64,000 bases of DNA from a virus: the IMG/VR virus record IMGVR_UViG_3300044449_000227; one strand, given 5' to 3'. Below the pieces are notes generated by a model. It had not been told where the DNA came from, ran no database searches, and saw only the letters and a list, made by a program, of their open reading frames with translations. The position numbers and the translations under genes are program-made. The first letter of the stretch is position 1. Each line of letters starts with the position of its first letter. Positions 28,501-36,752 of this stretch are shown one piece after another.

Positions 28501-29373
28501 CTCTCGGCGCCGGAGTTCCCGCTCGCCGAACTGCCGGGCGGGACGCTGGCCTGCCTGATGAAGGCCGTCGACCTGGGCGGCCGGGAGTCCGCCGAGCCGG
28601 CCGTGGCCGTGCTGCGCCTGGGGGACGTGGCGACGGAGAACGTCGTGCGCAGCTACGACCGGCGCGCCGCCGGCTGGCCGGGCGCGGTGACGGGGGGCGA
28701 GGTGCGGCCGGAGGGGCACATCGCGGCCGCCTCGACGGCCGCGGCCTGGCCGGACGACGACAGCGCGCCGGCCTGGCCGGGCGACCCGGACGCGCCGGCG
28801 TGGGACGACCGCTTCGACACCCTGGTCTATCGCGACACGGTGGTGCCGCTGGCGGTCGACCTGCCCTGCGACCTCGTCGTCTCGGCCGAGGTGGTCGGCG
28901 AGCCCTGGCGCATCGACTACCGGACGGGCGGCGCCGCGGCGGCCTGGAGCCAGAGCGACGCCGTGCCGGCCTGGACGGACGACGCGGCGCCGGCCTGGTC
29001 CCCGCCGGACGTCTGGCGGGCCTGGCCCGGCCGGCTGCCGGTCACGCGGCAGAGCTACGAGATCCGCGTGACCACCGGGCCCGGCACGCTGCAGGGCCGC
29101 GTCGAGCAACTGCGCCTGCAGCTCGACGTCGAGGACCGGGTCGAGAGCCTGGACGACGTCGAGGTGCCGCCGGCCGGCGTCCGTCTGCCGATCGCCGGGC
29201 CGTTCCGCTTCATCACCAACGTGCAGCTCACGCTGCAGGACACCGGGACGGGGGCCACGACGGTGCGGGTGCTGGACAAGGACCCGCTCGGCCCGCTGGT
29301 GATGGCCTACGACGCCGCCGGCGACCCGGCGAGCGCGTCGATCGACGCGCTCGTGCAGGGCGCGGCGGCCTGA
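25558..29373 (+). CDS. Tail tip / host specificity protein (gpI-like N-terminus plus gpJ-like hub)
   Basis: YGAIPRVFGRHRIYPP, WGYGPL, TRNPAAAM, QHFTPRNSWGF and FnIII-like C-terminal region. Confidence 0.9.
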   Translation: MTGALSDRAFSGEILAPGEGAVAATVVARPFAATPQTLELPAGLSLREMLELTVTDAVARRHAWIAVGGETVPPEAWSRVRPKAGTSVAIRVLPAGGGGSGGGKSVLTVVVAIAVVAASIALPVLLPAALPGALGAAGLTWGTVAAFGVSVVGGLLLNALAPPPPQLGRSGTLAASSGPGGDQTPSYSVSAGRNGYSLYGAIPRVFGRHRIYPPAAARSYTEIRGNDQFLVMLVCWGYGPLQIEDLRIGETPVADYDDVQVETRQGWLDDSPLGLFRNVILEESLSIDLNSSGGRDETGDAQVPEDIAWTERTTEPDIDAISVDVVCPRGLYWVDAEGDYRPARLVVYVQYRALGGGWQSVESFNFGENRQTAVRHSRSWSVPRGQYEVRLAWAQTGNLDEGEVRTLVDTAVWSALRSVRSVNPVTYKGLALTALRVKASEEIQGAIDSVNAVVTSILPDWDGSAWTVRPTRNPAAAMRAVLTENRHGSVAPPRARANATPVPVARVDDDSLTAFHEACADEGWTFDYVLAERTSVWSMLRMACAAGRAAPQILDSRWRVVMDRAGGAPVQHFTPRNSWGFSSEKAFADLPHAFRVRFANELEDWQDDERFVYADHYDADSATIFEELDLPGTTHPDKVWQLGRYHLASAILRPEMYSWYADVEHLVCVRGSLVRVTHDAMLAGQGAARVIGLDLDTEDRVTAVTIDNRLLAEAGKSYMLALRDAQGECHTFGLANGAGTWEVLTLATPVPQASAPAVGDLVAYGESERVWLDLRVREIRPGKDLTARILAVDDAPQVHEAHTGAIPPYDPHLSPRLVDLTPPTPQIAGIESGEAVLVRDGQGVLQPRVVVAYVMPSGYVTLITDVELQARAAGTDSPFFRVRELVGDGVVAFGGVREGEAIELRLRFHAPRGPGPWTAWTPHTVIGQTSLPPDVASLRVENGVLRGSYPNPPLDLAGFRLRFRAGNDRRWADASAAHDGLLSAPEFPLAELPGGTLACLMKAVDLGGRESAEPAVAVLRLGDVATENVVRSYDRRAAGWPGAVTGGEVRPEGHIAAASTAAAWPDDDSAPAWPGDPDAPAWDDRFDTLVYRDTVVPLAVDLPCDLVVSAEVVGEPWRIDYRTGGAAAAWSQSDAVPAWTDDAAPAWSPPDVWRAWPGRLPVTRQSYEIRVTTGPGTLQGRVEQLRLQLDVEDRVESLDDVEVPPAGVRLPIAGPFRFITNVQLTLQDTGTGATTVRVLDKDPLGPLVMAYDAAGDPASASIDALVQGAAA

Positions 29374-29405
29374 TCTCGACACTCTAGCGCGAAGGGAGGC
29401 CGGGC

Positions 29406-30584
29406 ATGGTGGCCTTGCCCGCATCGGGCGCCTATTCGGGCGCGGAAACGGTCGGCGACAAGAAGGACTGGGGCGAGCAGCTTCGGGACTTCGCCGGGCA
29501 GCTGCTGGGCGGCGGCCCGGCGACGGAGCTGACCATCGCCTCGGGCGCGGTCCTGCCGACCGGCGCCGCGCACACGATCGATACCGAGGACGACGAGGCG
29601 AGCGACACGCTGACGCACATCCAGCTCGACAACCTGCCGGACGGTGCGCTGCTGCTAATCTCGCCGGCCTCGGCGTCGCGCAGCGTCGTCTTCCAGCACG
29701 GCGCCGGCGGCACCGGCCAGATCCTGCTCGAGGGCGCGACGAACCACACCCTCAGCGGGCTGCGTCGGACCATGCTGCTGCAGCGCCGCGGCACCGACGT
29801 CGTGGAACTCATGCGCAGCTCCGCCGGCTTCGACGACGCCCAGGTGGCGCGCCTGCGGGCCTTCGCCGACAGCGGCCGCGGCGGCGTGCCGGTTGGCTCG
29901 GTCTCCGACTTCGCCGGGGTCGTGCCGCCCGACCGCTGGTACTGGGTCAACGGGCAGGCGCTGGGGCGCGCCGCGGAGCCGGCGCTCTTCGCCGCCCTGA
30001 CCTTCACGCGGGGAGGCGGCGCGGTCACCAGCGGCTCGCCCGTCGTCACGCTGGACGACACGAGCGGGCTGGTCGCCGGCCTCGCCGTCGAGATCCCCGG
30101 CATGCTGCCGGGCAGCACCGTGGTCTCGGTGGACAGCGGGACACAGGCGACGCTGTCGCAGAATTCGACAAGCACGGCGAGCGGCCTGACGCTGCGGGCC
30201 TTCCCCTACGGCGCGGGGGACGGCGCCAGCACCTTCACGCTGCCCGACGCCCGCGGCCGCGTGACGGCCGGCCGGGACAACATGGGCGGCGGGGCCGGCG
30301 CGAACCGCCTGACCGGGCAGGCGGGCGGCGTGAACGGCGACGTGCTCGGCGCTGCCGGCGGCGCGGAGAGGCATCAGATCAGCGTCGGTGAAATGCCGCA
30401 ACACAACCACAGCTATCTGGTGCGGAATGGCCTCACGAATATTCAGCAGGGGGGCGGCAGCTTCCAGAACAACGTTTGGTCGGTCGACCAGAATGCAAGC
30501 ACCGGAACGGCTGGCTCAAGTCTACCGCACAACAACGTGCAGCCGACCTTGGTGATGAACAAGATCATCTACGCTGGCGCGTAA
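29406..30584 (+). CDS. Tail fibre protein with tail-collar domain
   Basis: VPVGSVSDFAG...WYWVNGQAL...FTLPDARGRV...HNNVQPTLVMNKIIYAG. Confidence 0.88.
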   Translation: MVALPASGAYSGAETVGDKKDWGEQLRDFAGQLLGGGPATELTIASGAVLPTGAAHTIDTEDDEASDTLTHIQLDNLPDGALLLISPASASRSVVFQHGAGGTGQILLEGATNHTLSGLRRTMLLQRRGTDVVELMRSSAGFDDAQVARLRAFADSGRGGVPVGSVSDFAGVVPPDRWYWVNGQALGRAAEPALFAALTFTRGGGAVTSGSPVVTLDDTSGLVAGLAVEIPGMLPGSTVVSVDSGTQATLSQNSTSTASGLTLRAFPYGAGDGASTFTLPDARGRVTAGRDNMGGGAGANRLTGQAGGVNGDVLGAAGGAERHQISVGEMPQHNHSYLVRNGLTNIQQGGGSFQNNVWSVDQNASTGTAGSSLPHNNVQPTLVMNKIIYAGA

Positions 30585-30901
30585 TCAGTGAGATCGACGT
30601 TGACATGGAGTTTGCGGAGAAACGCTTGCTGCACCGCCACTTCGAGCTCGCGCTCAGCAGGCCCGAGCTTTGACCAGCGTTTGCCGCCTCGGAACCTCCT
30701 GCGAGTTTCATATGCGGCTTCCGCGGCGGCTTCAATCGCGGCGCGCGAGACTTGGCCGCGGTTCGGGGCCGCCTGGACAATGGCTGTGTAAGTTCGCTGG
30801 ACCTCTGCATCGACCACGAACCCCCCTTCAGGTTGGGCCGCGTCGAAATAGGCCTCGATCATATCCGACGTCATGCGGTCGGGAAGGATTACGTCCACCA
30901 A
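30569..30901 (-). CDS. Hypothetical accessory protein between the tail-fibre paralogues
   Basis: GGAGG RBS before TTG/GTG start; lower GC than its flanks. Confidence 0.5.
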   Translation of the reverse strand: MVDVILPDRMTSDMIEAYFDAAQPEGGFVVDAEVQRTYTAIVQAAPNRGQVSRAAIEAAAEAAYETRRRFRGGKRWSKLGPAERELEVAVQQAFLRKLHVNVDLTDYAPA

Positions 30902-31041
30902 GATCGCCTCCGCGCGCTTGGGTTGATGCGTTTGAGCAGCCTATTCGCGCGATCCGGTGCGCGCAATCGACAACCACACCGCTGATCCTGACGCGAGTCG
31001 TCGGGACCACCCCACAGCATCACGACGCGAAGGAGACGGGC

Positions 31042-32148
31042 ATGGTGGCCTTGCCCGCGCCAGGCGCCTATTCGGGCGCCGCGACCGAGGGGGAGCTCAA
31101 GCAGTGGGGCGAGGACATCAGGTCCTTCATCGCCCAGATGCCGGGCGGCCGCGCGGTCGCCGAGCTGACCATCGCCGCGGGCGCCATCCTGCCGACCGGC
31201 GGCGCGCACACGGTCGACACCGAGGGCGACGCGGAAAGCGACACCCTCGGCACGATCCAGCTCGACAACCTGCCGGACGGCGCGCTGCTGGCGATCTCCC
31301 CGGCGTCGGCCGCGCGCGAGGTGATCGTCGCGCACGGCGCCGGCGGCACGGGCCAGATCCTGCTGCGCGACGCCGCGCCGCTCGCCCTGCGCGGGGTCCG
31401 CGAGACCCTGCTGCTGCAGCGGCGCGGCTCCGACATGGTGGAGCTGCTGCGCAACCCGGCGCCGCCGGCGCCCCTCGCCCCGCCCGCGCTCGGCGACGAC
31501 CAGGACGACTGGGCGCCGGAGGGCTTCGGCCGCGGCACCGCATGGCTGCGGGTCGACGCGACCGCCTCGGTCGCCGTCACCGGCCTGGCCGCCGGCTACG
31601 ACGGGCAGGTCGTGCCCTGGACCAACGTCGGCGATCACGACCAGACGCTGAGGCACGAAGACGCGGACTCGGCCGCGGCCAACCGCTTCGCGACCGACTC
31701 GGAGGGCGACGAGACGGTGGCGCCCGGCGCCACGGTTTGGCTGCTGTACGACGGCCAGGCCGCGCGGTGGCGCGTCTTCGCCGGCGGCGGGGGCGTCTAT
31801 ACCGAGCGGTACGAGAGCGCGGTGCAGACGATCACGGCCGGCGGCGGCCTCGCCCTGGCACACGGGCTGAGCGGGAAGCCGAGCGCGAACGACATCGCGG
31901 CGAAGATCGTCTGCCTGACGGCGGAGGCGAACTACAGCGTCGGCCAGGAGGTGCCGGTGCCGATCAACGCCGGCTTCCGCGAAGACGTGGGGCTGACGGT
32001 CCACCCGACCGCGACGCACCTGAACGTGCGCATGGCCACCGGCGCCTCCTCCGGCGGTTCGGTGTTCCGCATCCTCGACCCGACGACCGGCAATGCCGTC
32101 AACCTGACCAACAACCGCTGGGGACTCTCGCTGGGGGCGAAGCTATGA
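31042..32148 (+). CDS. Second tail fibre protein sharing its N-terminus with 29406-30584
   Basis: The first ~137 aa align with the first fibre; the C-terminus differs. Confidence 0.85.
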   Translation: MVALPAPGAYSGAATEGELKQWGEDIRSFIAQMPGGRAVAELTIAAGAILPTGGAHTVDTEGDAESDTLGTIQLDNLPDGALLAISPASAAREVIVAHGAGGTGQILLRDAAPLALRGVRETLLLQRRGSDMVELLRNPAPPAPLAPPALGDDQDDWAPEGFGRGTAWLRVDATASVAVTGLAAGYDGQVVPWTNVGDHDQTLRHEDADSAAANRFATDSEGDETVAPGATVWLLYDGQAARWRVFAGGGGVYTERYESAVQTITAGGGLALAHGLSGKPSANDIAAKIVCLTAEANYSVGQEVPVPINAGFREDVGLTVHPTATHLNVRMATGASSGGSVFRILDPTTGNAVNLTNNRWGLSLGAKL

Positions 32149-32639
32149 GGACGATCAAGGGACGCAAGGCCAAGCACTATGTCGACGCCGACGGCGTCTA
32201 CCTCGGGGGCTTCGACGGCGTCGCCCCGCCGGCCGGGGCGGTGCAGGTCCCGTCCGCGCCCGGGGACGCCCGCCAGACCTGGAGCTTCGGCAGCGGCGAC
32301 TGGTCGGCGGCGCCGGCGCCCGTGCCGGCGGAGATCACGCCCATGCAGTTGCGGGTGCAGGGCGCCGCGGCCGGCTGGATCAGCGAGGCGGAGGCCGAGG
32401 CCTGGCAGGACAGCGGCGCGCTGCCGGGCGTGGTGCAGGGCGTGATCGACGCGCTGCCGGCGGCCGAGCGCTTCGCCGCGCGGATGCGGGTCAAGGGCAT
32501 GACGGTGGTCGAGCGGAGCAACCCCCTGCTGGCCGCGGTCGCGGCGGCCGGCATCGCGGCGCGGGACGGCGGCGCGCCGGACGCCGACGCGGTGCAGGCC
32601 GAGCTGGACGACTTCTTCCGCGCCGCTGCGCTGATCTAG
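32145..32639 (+). CDS. Tail fibre assembly-like protein
   Basis: HYVDADGVYLGGF...VPSAP...VPAEITPMQLR; ATGA coupling. Confidence 0.7.
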   Translation: MRTIKGRKAKHYVDADGVYLGGFDGVAPPAGAVQVPSAPGDARQTWSFGSGDWSAAPAPVPAEITPMQLRVQGAAAGWISEAEAEAWQDSGALPGVVQGVIDALPAAERFAARMRVKGMTVVERSNPLLAAVAAAGIAARDGGAPDADAVQAELDDFFRAAALI

Positions 32640-32643
32640 AGAA

Positions 32644-33063
32644 GTGGATAGCGCGGGCATGCCTGAGTCGTCGGGCGACGCCGATCGGCGCACGGCCGCG
32701 GAAGCGCTGGCGGTCGCACGGGCGGTCGAGAAGGGCCTGCATGTGCATCTCGACCACTCGGCCCGCGCCGCCGGCAGCTTCGCCGAGGAACTCCGGGCGC
32801 TGCGGGAGGCCAACAGCCGCGAGCACGCCGAGGTCCGCCAGGCGAACGCGGCGAACCATGCGGCCGCCATGGCGGCGATCGCCTCCCTGCACCAGACGGT
32901 CAACGAGGCGATCAAGCAGGAGGCCGCGCACCGCGAGGCCTCGGTCTCCCGCCTGCACAGCCGGATCAACAAGGCTCTGTTGGCATTGATCGCGTTTCTC
33001 GCGGCGATCCTGGTCGGCCTGATCGGCTTCATCGCGTCGCGCTTCGTGCCCTGGTCGAGCTGA
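32644..33063 (+). CDS. Holin-like/lysis membrane protein
   Basis: Coiled coil plus C-terminal TM helix, directly before the endolysin; start may be 32659. Confidence 0.6.
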   Translation: MDSAGMPESSGDADRRTAAEALAVARAVEKGLHVHLDHSARAAGSFAEELRALREANSREHAEVRQANAANHAAAMAAIASLHQTVNEAIKQEAAHREASVSRLHSRINKALLALIAFLAAILVGLIGFIASRFVPWSS

Positions 33064-33120
33064 TCGGCTTCGTCGCGCCGCGCGGCCTCTACCCAGCATC
33101 ACACGAAAGGAGAGCGGGCC

Positions 33121-33825
33121 ATGACCTGGCAGCCGCGTTGGTACGTCAAGGCGCTGGAGGAGCTGCACGCCGGCGTGCGGGAGATCGCCGGCGGCAAGCA
33201 CAATCCGCGCATCGTCGCGTATCACCAGGCCACGGGGCTGAAGGCCTCGACCGACGAGGTGCCCTGGTGCGGCGCGTTCGTCGCCTGGGCGATGCAGCAG
33301 GCGGGTGTCGCCTACGGCCGGGCGCGGGCCGCCGCGGCGCGGTCCTGGCTGGAGTTCGGCGAGCCCATGGACAAGCCGGAGCTGGGGGCCATCGCCGTCT
33401 TCTGGCGCGGCCGGAAGGACGGCACGGCCGGGCACGTCGGCTTCTACGCCGGCGAGACCGAGGACGGGCGCATCCTGGTCCTGGGCGGCAACCAGGGCAA
33501 CGCCGTCTCGATCGCCGCCTATCCCAGGGAGCGGCTGCTGGGCTACCGCTGGCCGAACGGCGAGCGCCGCGCCGTGCGCGAGCGCCTGTCGGACTCGCGG
33601 ACGGTCAAGGCGGTGCGCGACGCCGGCGGCGCGCTGACCGCCGGCGTCGGCGTCACGGCCCTCGAGGAGCCGATCCGCGAGGCCGCCGAGGCGATCCGGC
33701 CGCTGGCCGACTACTCCAGCCTGGTGCCCTACGTCCTGCTGCTGCTGGCGCTCGCCTTCGCCGGCGTCAAGCTCTGGCGGATCTTCAAGGCGCGCCAGGA
33801 CGACTGGCGGGAGGGCCGGCGATGA
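33121..33825 (+). CDS. Endolysin, TIGR02594-like (NlpC/P60-type) with C-terminal TM region
   Basis: DEVPWCGAFV, ARSWL, GHVGF and LGGNQGNAV; hydrophobic C-terminus. Confidence 0.88.
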   Translation: MTWQPRWYVKALEELHAGVREIAGGKHNPRIVAYHQATGLKASTDEVPWCGAFVAWAMQQAGVAYGRARAAAARSWLEFGEPMDKPELGAIAVFWRGRKDGTAGHVGFYAGETEDGRILVLGGNQGNAVSIAAYPRERLLGYRWPNGERRAVRERLSDSRTVKAVRDAGGALTAGVGVTALEEPIREAAEAIRPLADYSSLVPYVLLLLALAFAGVKLWRIFKARQDDWREGRR

Positions 33826-34172
33826 TCCCCGGCCTGCTGGCCGCGCTCCCGTCCGGCGTGACCCTGGCGAAGTACGGCGCGGCCGTCGCGGCGGGGGCCG
33901 GCCTGCTGCTGCTGGCCTACTGCCAGGGGCGGGAGCACGAGGCCGCCAAGTGCCAGGAGGCGGAGCTCAAGCGCCAGCTCGTCGAGCAGCGCGAGCAGAC
34001 GCGCATCGCCGAGGAAGCCCTGCAGGTCGAGCGCGGCAGCCGCCTGGCGGCCGAGCGGCTGCGGCGGGAGGCCGAGGCGGCGAGCGAACGGGCGCGCGCG
34101 GCCGGCGCCGAGGCCAACTGGCAGTGCGGCACCGAGGCGGTGCCGGAGGGGGTGTGGCATGAGGTGCGCTAA
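33822..34172 (+). CDS. Rz-like inner-membrane spanin
   Basis: N-terminal TM plus coiled coil after the endolysin. Confidence 0.7.
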   Translation: MIPGLLAALPSGVTLAKYGAAVAAGAGLLLLAYCQGREHEAAKCQEAELKRQLVEQREQTRIAEEALQVERGSRLAAERLRREAEAASERARAAGAEANWQCGTEAVPEGVWHEVR

Positions 34173-34503
34173 GGCCCTGGCCGGGCTGGCGCTGCTGGCC
34201 CTGGCGGGCTGCGCCGGAGATCCGCAGCCGGTGCTGGTGCGGCCGGAGATCCCGCCGTCGCTCTTCGCCTGTCCGCCGGCGCCGGCCAAGCCGTCCGCCG
34301 GTGCGGTCTACGACCTGGTCGCGCGCGCCAACGCCTGGGCGGCGGCCTACGACGCCTGCGCCTGCCGGCTCGGCCTGGTGCAGCGGCTGCTGGACGGCCG
34401 CCCGGTCGGCGACCCGACCCAGGCCTGCCCCACGGTTCCGGCCGAGGGGCAGCGCCAGGCGCCTGCCGGGGCGCCGGAAGATCCGGACCCGCCGCCCGAC
34501 TAG
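34159..34503 (+). CDS. Rz1-like outer-membrane lipoprotein spanin
   Basis: Lipobox LAGC, Pro-rich, overlaps the Rz-like gene. Confidence 0.75.
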   Translation: MRCAKALAGLALLALAGCAGDPQPVLVRPEIPPSLFACPPAPAKPSAGAVYDLVARANAWAAAYDACACRLGLVQRLLDGRPVGDPTQACPTVPAEGQRQAPAGAPEDPDPPPD

Positions 34504-34543
34504 GCGAAGGGTCGCCCTCCCACAGACACGGTCCTCTCCCACT

Positions 34544-34577
34544 TGCCCCGGCGCATCGGATGCGCCGGGGCATTTTT
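34544..34577 (+). terminator. Intrinsic terminator after the lysis cassette
   Basis: TGCCCCGGCGCA/TGCGCCGGGGCA stem plus TTTTT. Confidence 0.85.
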
Positions 34578-34628
34578 CGTTCGCACACCCGCTCGACGGA
34601 CTTTCGCGTTTCGTTCTAGTCTCTGATC

Positions 34629-34910
34629 ATGCCACCGAAACGCCGCCGTCGTGTCGTGCCGCTGTCCCACCATGTCGCCGAGGGGGTCGGGATCTGGTTG
34701 ACCTGCCTGCGCTGCCGGCGCAGCGCGGCGGTCGCGGTCGAGCTGGCGATCGCGCGCTGGGGGCCGGAGGCGACGCTGGACGACGTGCGCGGTCGTTGCA
34801 CCGCCTGCGGCAGCCGCGAGGTCGAGGCGCACCCCGACTGGCGCCGGGCCAAGGGCCAGCCCCAGGGCCCGATCGCCTGGCACGGCCCCAGCCTGTCGCA
34901 GCGGGATTGA
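34629..34910 (+). CDS. Small Zn-ribbon protein
   Basis: CLRC...CTACG; typical small gene at the end of alphaproteobacterial prophages. Confidence 0.75.
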   Translation: MPPKRRRRVVPLSHHVAEGVGIWLTCLRCRRSAAVAVELAIARWGPEATLDDVRGRCTACGSREVEAHPDWRRAKGQPQGPIAWHGPSLSQRD

Positions 34911-34984
34911 GGGGGCGGCGAGGAAAGGGGCGTCCATCGCCTGCCACTTCGTGGAAGGATCGCTGCCGCTACCAGCCGTCCCAA

Positions 34985-35228
34985 GGTGAGTCCATGAGCC
35001 GTTGAAAACCCTTGGATCGCGGCGCCAGATTTCGTGGACTCACCAGTCGCTAATGGCTTGAAATTTACCAAGACTGGCGGCCCGCCCCTGGGCACCACCT
35101 CCCAAAAACACCGTTGATTTAACTGGGTTTTTTGGTCCGCTGTGAGGTGACAGAAAGAATGGGGGCGTTGGGAATGCGGGACTTGGCGGGACAATCCGGG
35201 AAATAACGGGACGGAAATCAAGGCGTTA
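34985..35228. other. att-like recombination region
   Basis: 10-bp inverted repeat, tRNA-3'-like CCCCTGGGCACCA (35085-35097), four CGGGA repeats at 10-bp period (35177-35211), perfect IHF consensus AATCAAGGCGTTA (35216-35228). Confidence 0.5.
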
Positions 35229-35426
35229 GGCCTGCGGGCGCGACGCCTGGCCCGCCCCGTAAATTGCCGGCGCGCGCCACATAAAGTGGGGCAGCCAAAC
35301 CGCGGAAATCCGCCAATTTGATGTCGCGAGGAAGCCCAAGGTGGCACGTTAGGTGCCACTTCGGGCAAGCGACAAAACCGCAGACTTCCGCGATTCCTCA
35401 AATTGGTTAGCTTGGAAAGTGTCACC

Positions 35427-35831
35427 TCACCGCGCTGCAGATTCCGGTTCCTCCGGCTGAACCTCGCGACCGGTTTCCCGGTTCCAGATGTTCACATAGG
35501 CCCGGTCCAACTCCCGGCCCTCGATGCTCACGCTTTCCAGAGTTGCCAGCCCCTCCGACGCGATCGCGAACTGGCACGTCGCCGAGAGCCGGACCTCCGC
35601 CCCCGTAATAGCCTGCCGGTCATAGATCACGAGAATACGACCGGACTTCAGGCTCTCGCCGGCCTCGTGGACCTCGAATGTCGCAGGGGTAAGAACGTGC
35701 TGCCGGACGATGTCCACACAGGCGTCGGCGAGCAGCTGACCTCGGCTTGGCTCGAAGGCGTAGCGCAACTCGTAGGCCGCCAGTCCGACCAGGAAGAGCG
35801 TCGGCAGGATCAGCCAAGCATTCCGGCGCAT
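35427..35831 (-). CDS. Membrane-anchored hypothetical protein at the Mu left end
   Basis: N-terminal hydrophobic helix; lies downstream of the repressor. Confidence 0.7.
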   Translation of the reverse strand: MRRNAWLILPTLFLVGLAAYELRYAFEPSRGQLLADACVDIVRQHVLTPATFEVHEAGESLKSGRILVIYDRQAITGAEVRLSATCQFAIASEGLATLESVSIEGRELDRAYVNIWNRETGREVQPEEPESAAR

Positions 35832-35906
35832 GGTCGCGGTCCATCCATCCCTCGTGCAACGCCGGTGGGACACTACCGCAGCGAGCCGACCAGGGCGATG
35901 TCTATC

Positions 35907-36626
35907 TTACAACTTTCGCTTGACATAGACGACGGCGACGAGGCGGCGCAGGTATGAGCGCTTGACCTCCTCCCGGTAGGGCGACTGGCGCCCGTCCTCG
36001 GGCGGAAGCCACCCTTCGACGACGATCTTGTCCGCCTCCTCCGAGACGAGCCGCTTGAGCGAGGCCGTGCCGTCGCCGCGCTCGACGAAGACGATGTCGC
36101 CGGGCTTACGGCTGGCGCTCGGCGAACAGAAGCAGAGGTACCCCTGCCTGACGCCTTCGGGCCGGAGCGAATCGCCGGCCGCCAGAACGGCGAAGGCCTC
36201 CGGGTCGTTCAGCCGCAGCTCCGCGTCGACGCTCATGTGGTCCTCGGCGAACCATGCGTGAAGACCGCACGAGGCCAGGCCGACGACCGGATAACTGAAA
36301 TTTTCGGATTTCTGTACTTGGAGCTGCTGCAAGGCGGGCTGCCCCGGCTCGGCCGGTTCCACCCCGGTCGCCAGCCAGTCCAGGGAGACTCCGGCGTACT
36401 CGGCGAGCTTTACCGCGTCGCCGAGCCGGATCTCCGACTCGCCGCGCAGGTAGCTGTAGAGCGTGGTCGCGCTGACGCCGAGGGCCGGCGCCACCTTCTT
36501 TGCGCCCCCCGCCTCCTTGACGGTCTGCCTGAGGCGTTCGGCCCGCGCAGCCAAGGCGGGGTCCCACCCCGTTTCCGGTCCCGTCACAAGCGGCGAAAGA
36601 CGGAAATCCGCTCTTGGCACCGCCAT
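35907..36626 (-). CDS. Phage repressor (XRE HTH plus S24 peptidase)
   Basis: LGVSATTLYSYLRGES HTH; GDSL Ser and SLKRL Lys catalytic motifs. Confidence 0.92.
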   Translation of the reverse strand: MAVPRADFRLSPLVTGPETGWDPALAARAERLRQTVKEAGGAKKVAPALGVSATTLYSYLRGESEIRLGDAVKLAEYAGVSLDWLATGVEPAEPGQPALQQLQVQKSENFSYPVVGLASCGLHAWFAEDHMSVDAELRLNDPEAFAVLAAGDSLRPEGVRQGYLCFCSPSASRKPGDIVFVERGDGTASLKRLVSEEADKIVVEGWLPPEDGRQSPYREEVKRSYLRRLVAVVYVKRKL

Positions 36627-36674
36627 AGTACGGATTTCCGCTCATTTTGGGTTGACTGAATTTCAGATTTCCGC
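36600..36674. promoter_or_regulatory. Repressor/ner operator boxes
   Basis: CGGAAATCCG (36601), CGGATTTCCG (36631) and CAGATTTCCG (36664) in the divergent c/ner region. Confidence 0.75.
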
Positions 36675-36752
36675 AATGTCTAGGACGTTCGTTCTGATAG
36701 ACACCCAAGAAAAACCGGCCTGGCGGGGCCGGCAGCGAGCGGAGCGAGGCAC

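Larger units (their letters stand above)
1..35100 (+). mobile_element. Lambda-like cos-type siphoprophage (left part outside window)
   Basis: Colinear replication, GpA terminase, lambda-type portal, S49 protease, gpD, gpE, tail and lysis genes ending at an att-like region near 35.0-35.2 kb. Confidence 0.92.

Noticed and set aside
25510-29424. 1304-aa minus-strand ORF
   Set aside because: Antisense shadow of the tail-tip gene
29406-32148. Diversity-generating retroelement or invertible fibre cassette
   Set aside because: No reverse transcriptase, no near-identical TR/VR pair and no invertase; the repeats are direct and diverged
35070-35100. Complete tRNA gene
   Set aside because: Only a 3'-like CACCA end; no T-loop or cloverleaf upstream
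35907-36626. S24 domain on a Mu-type repressor as a novelty
   Set aside because: Differs from Mu itself but is common among Mu-like prophage repressors
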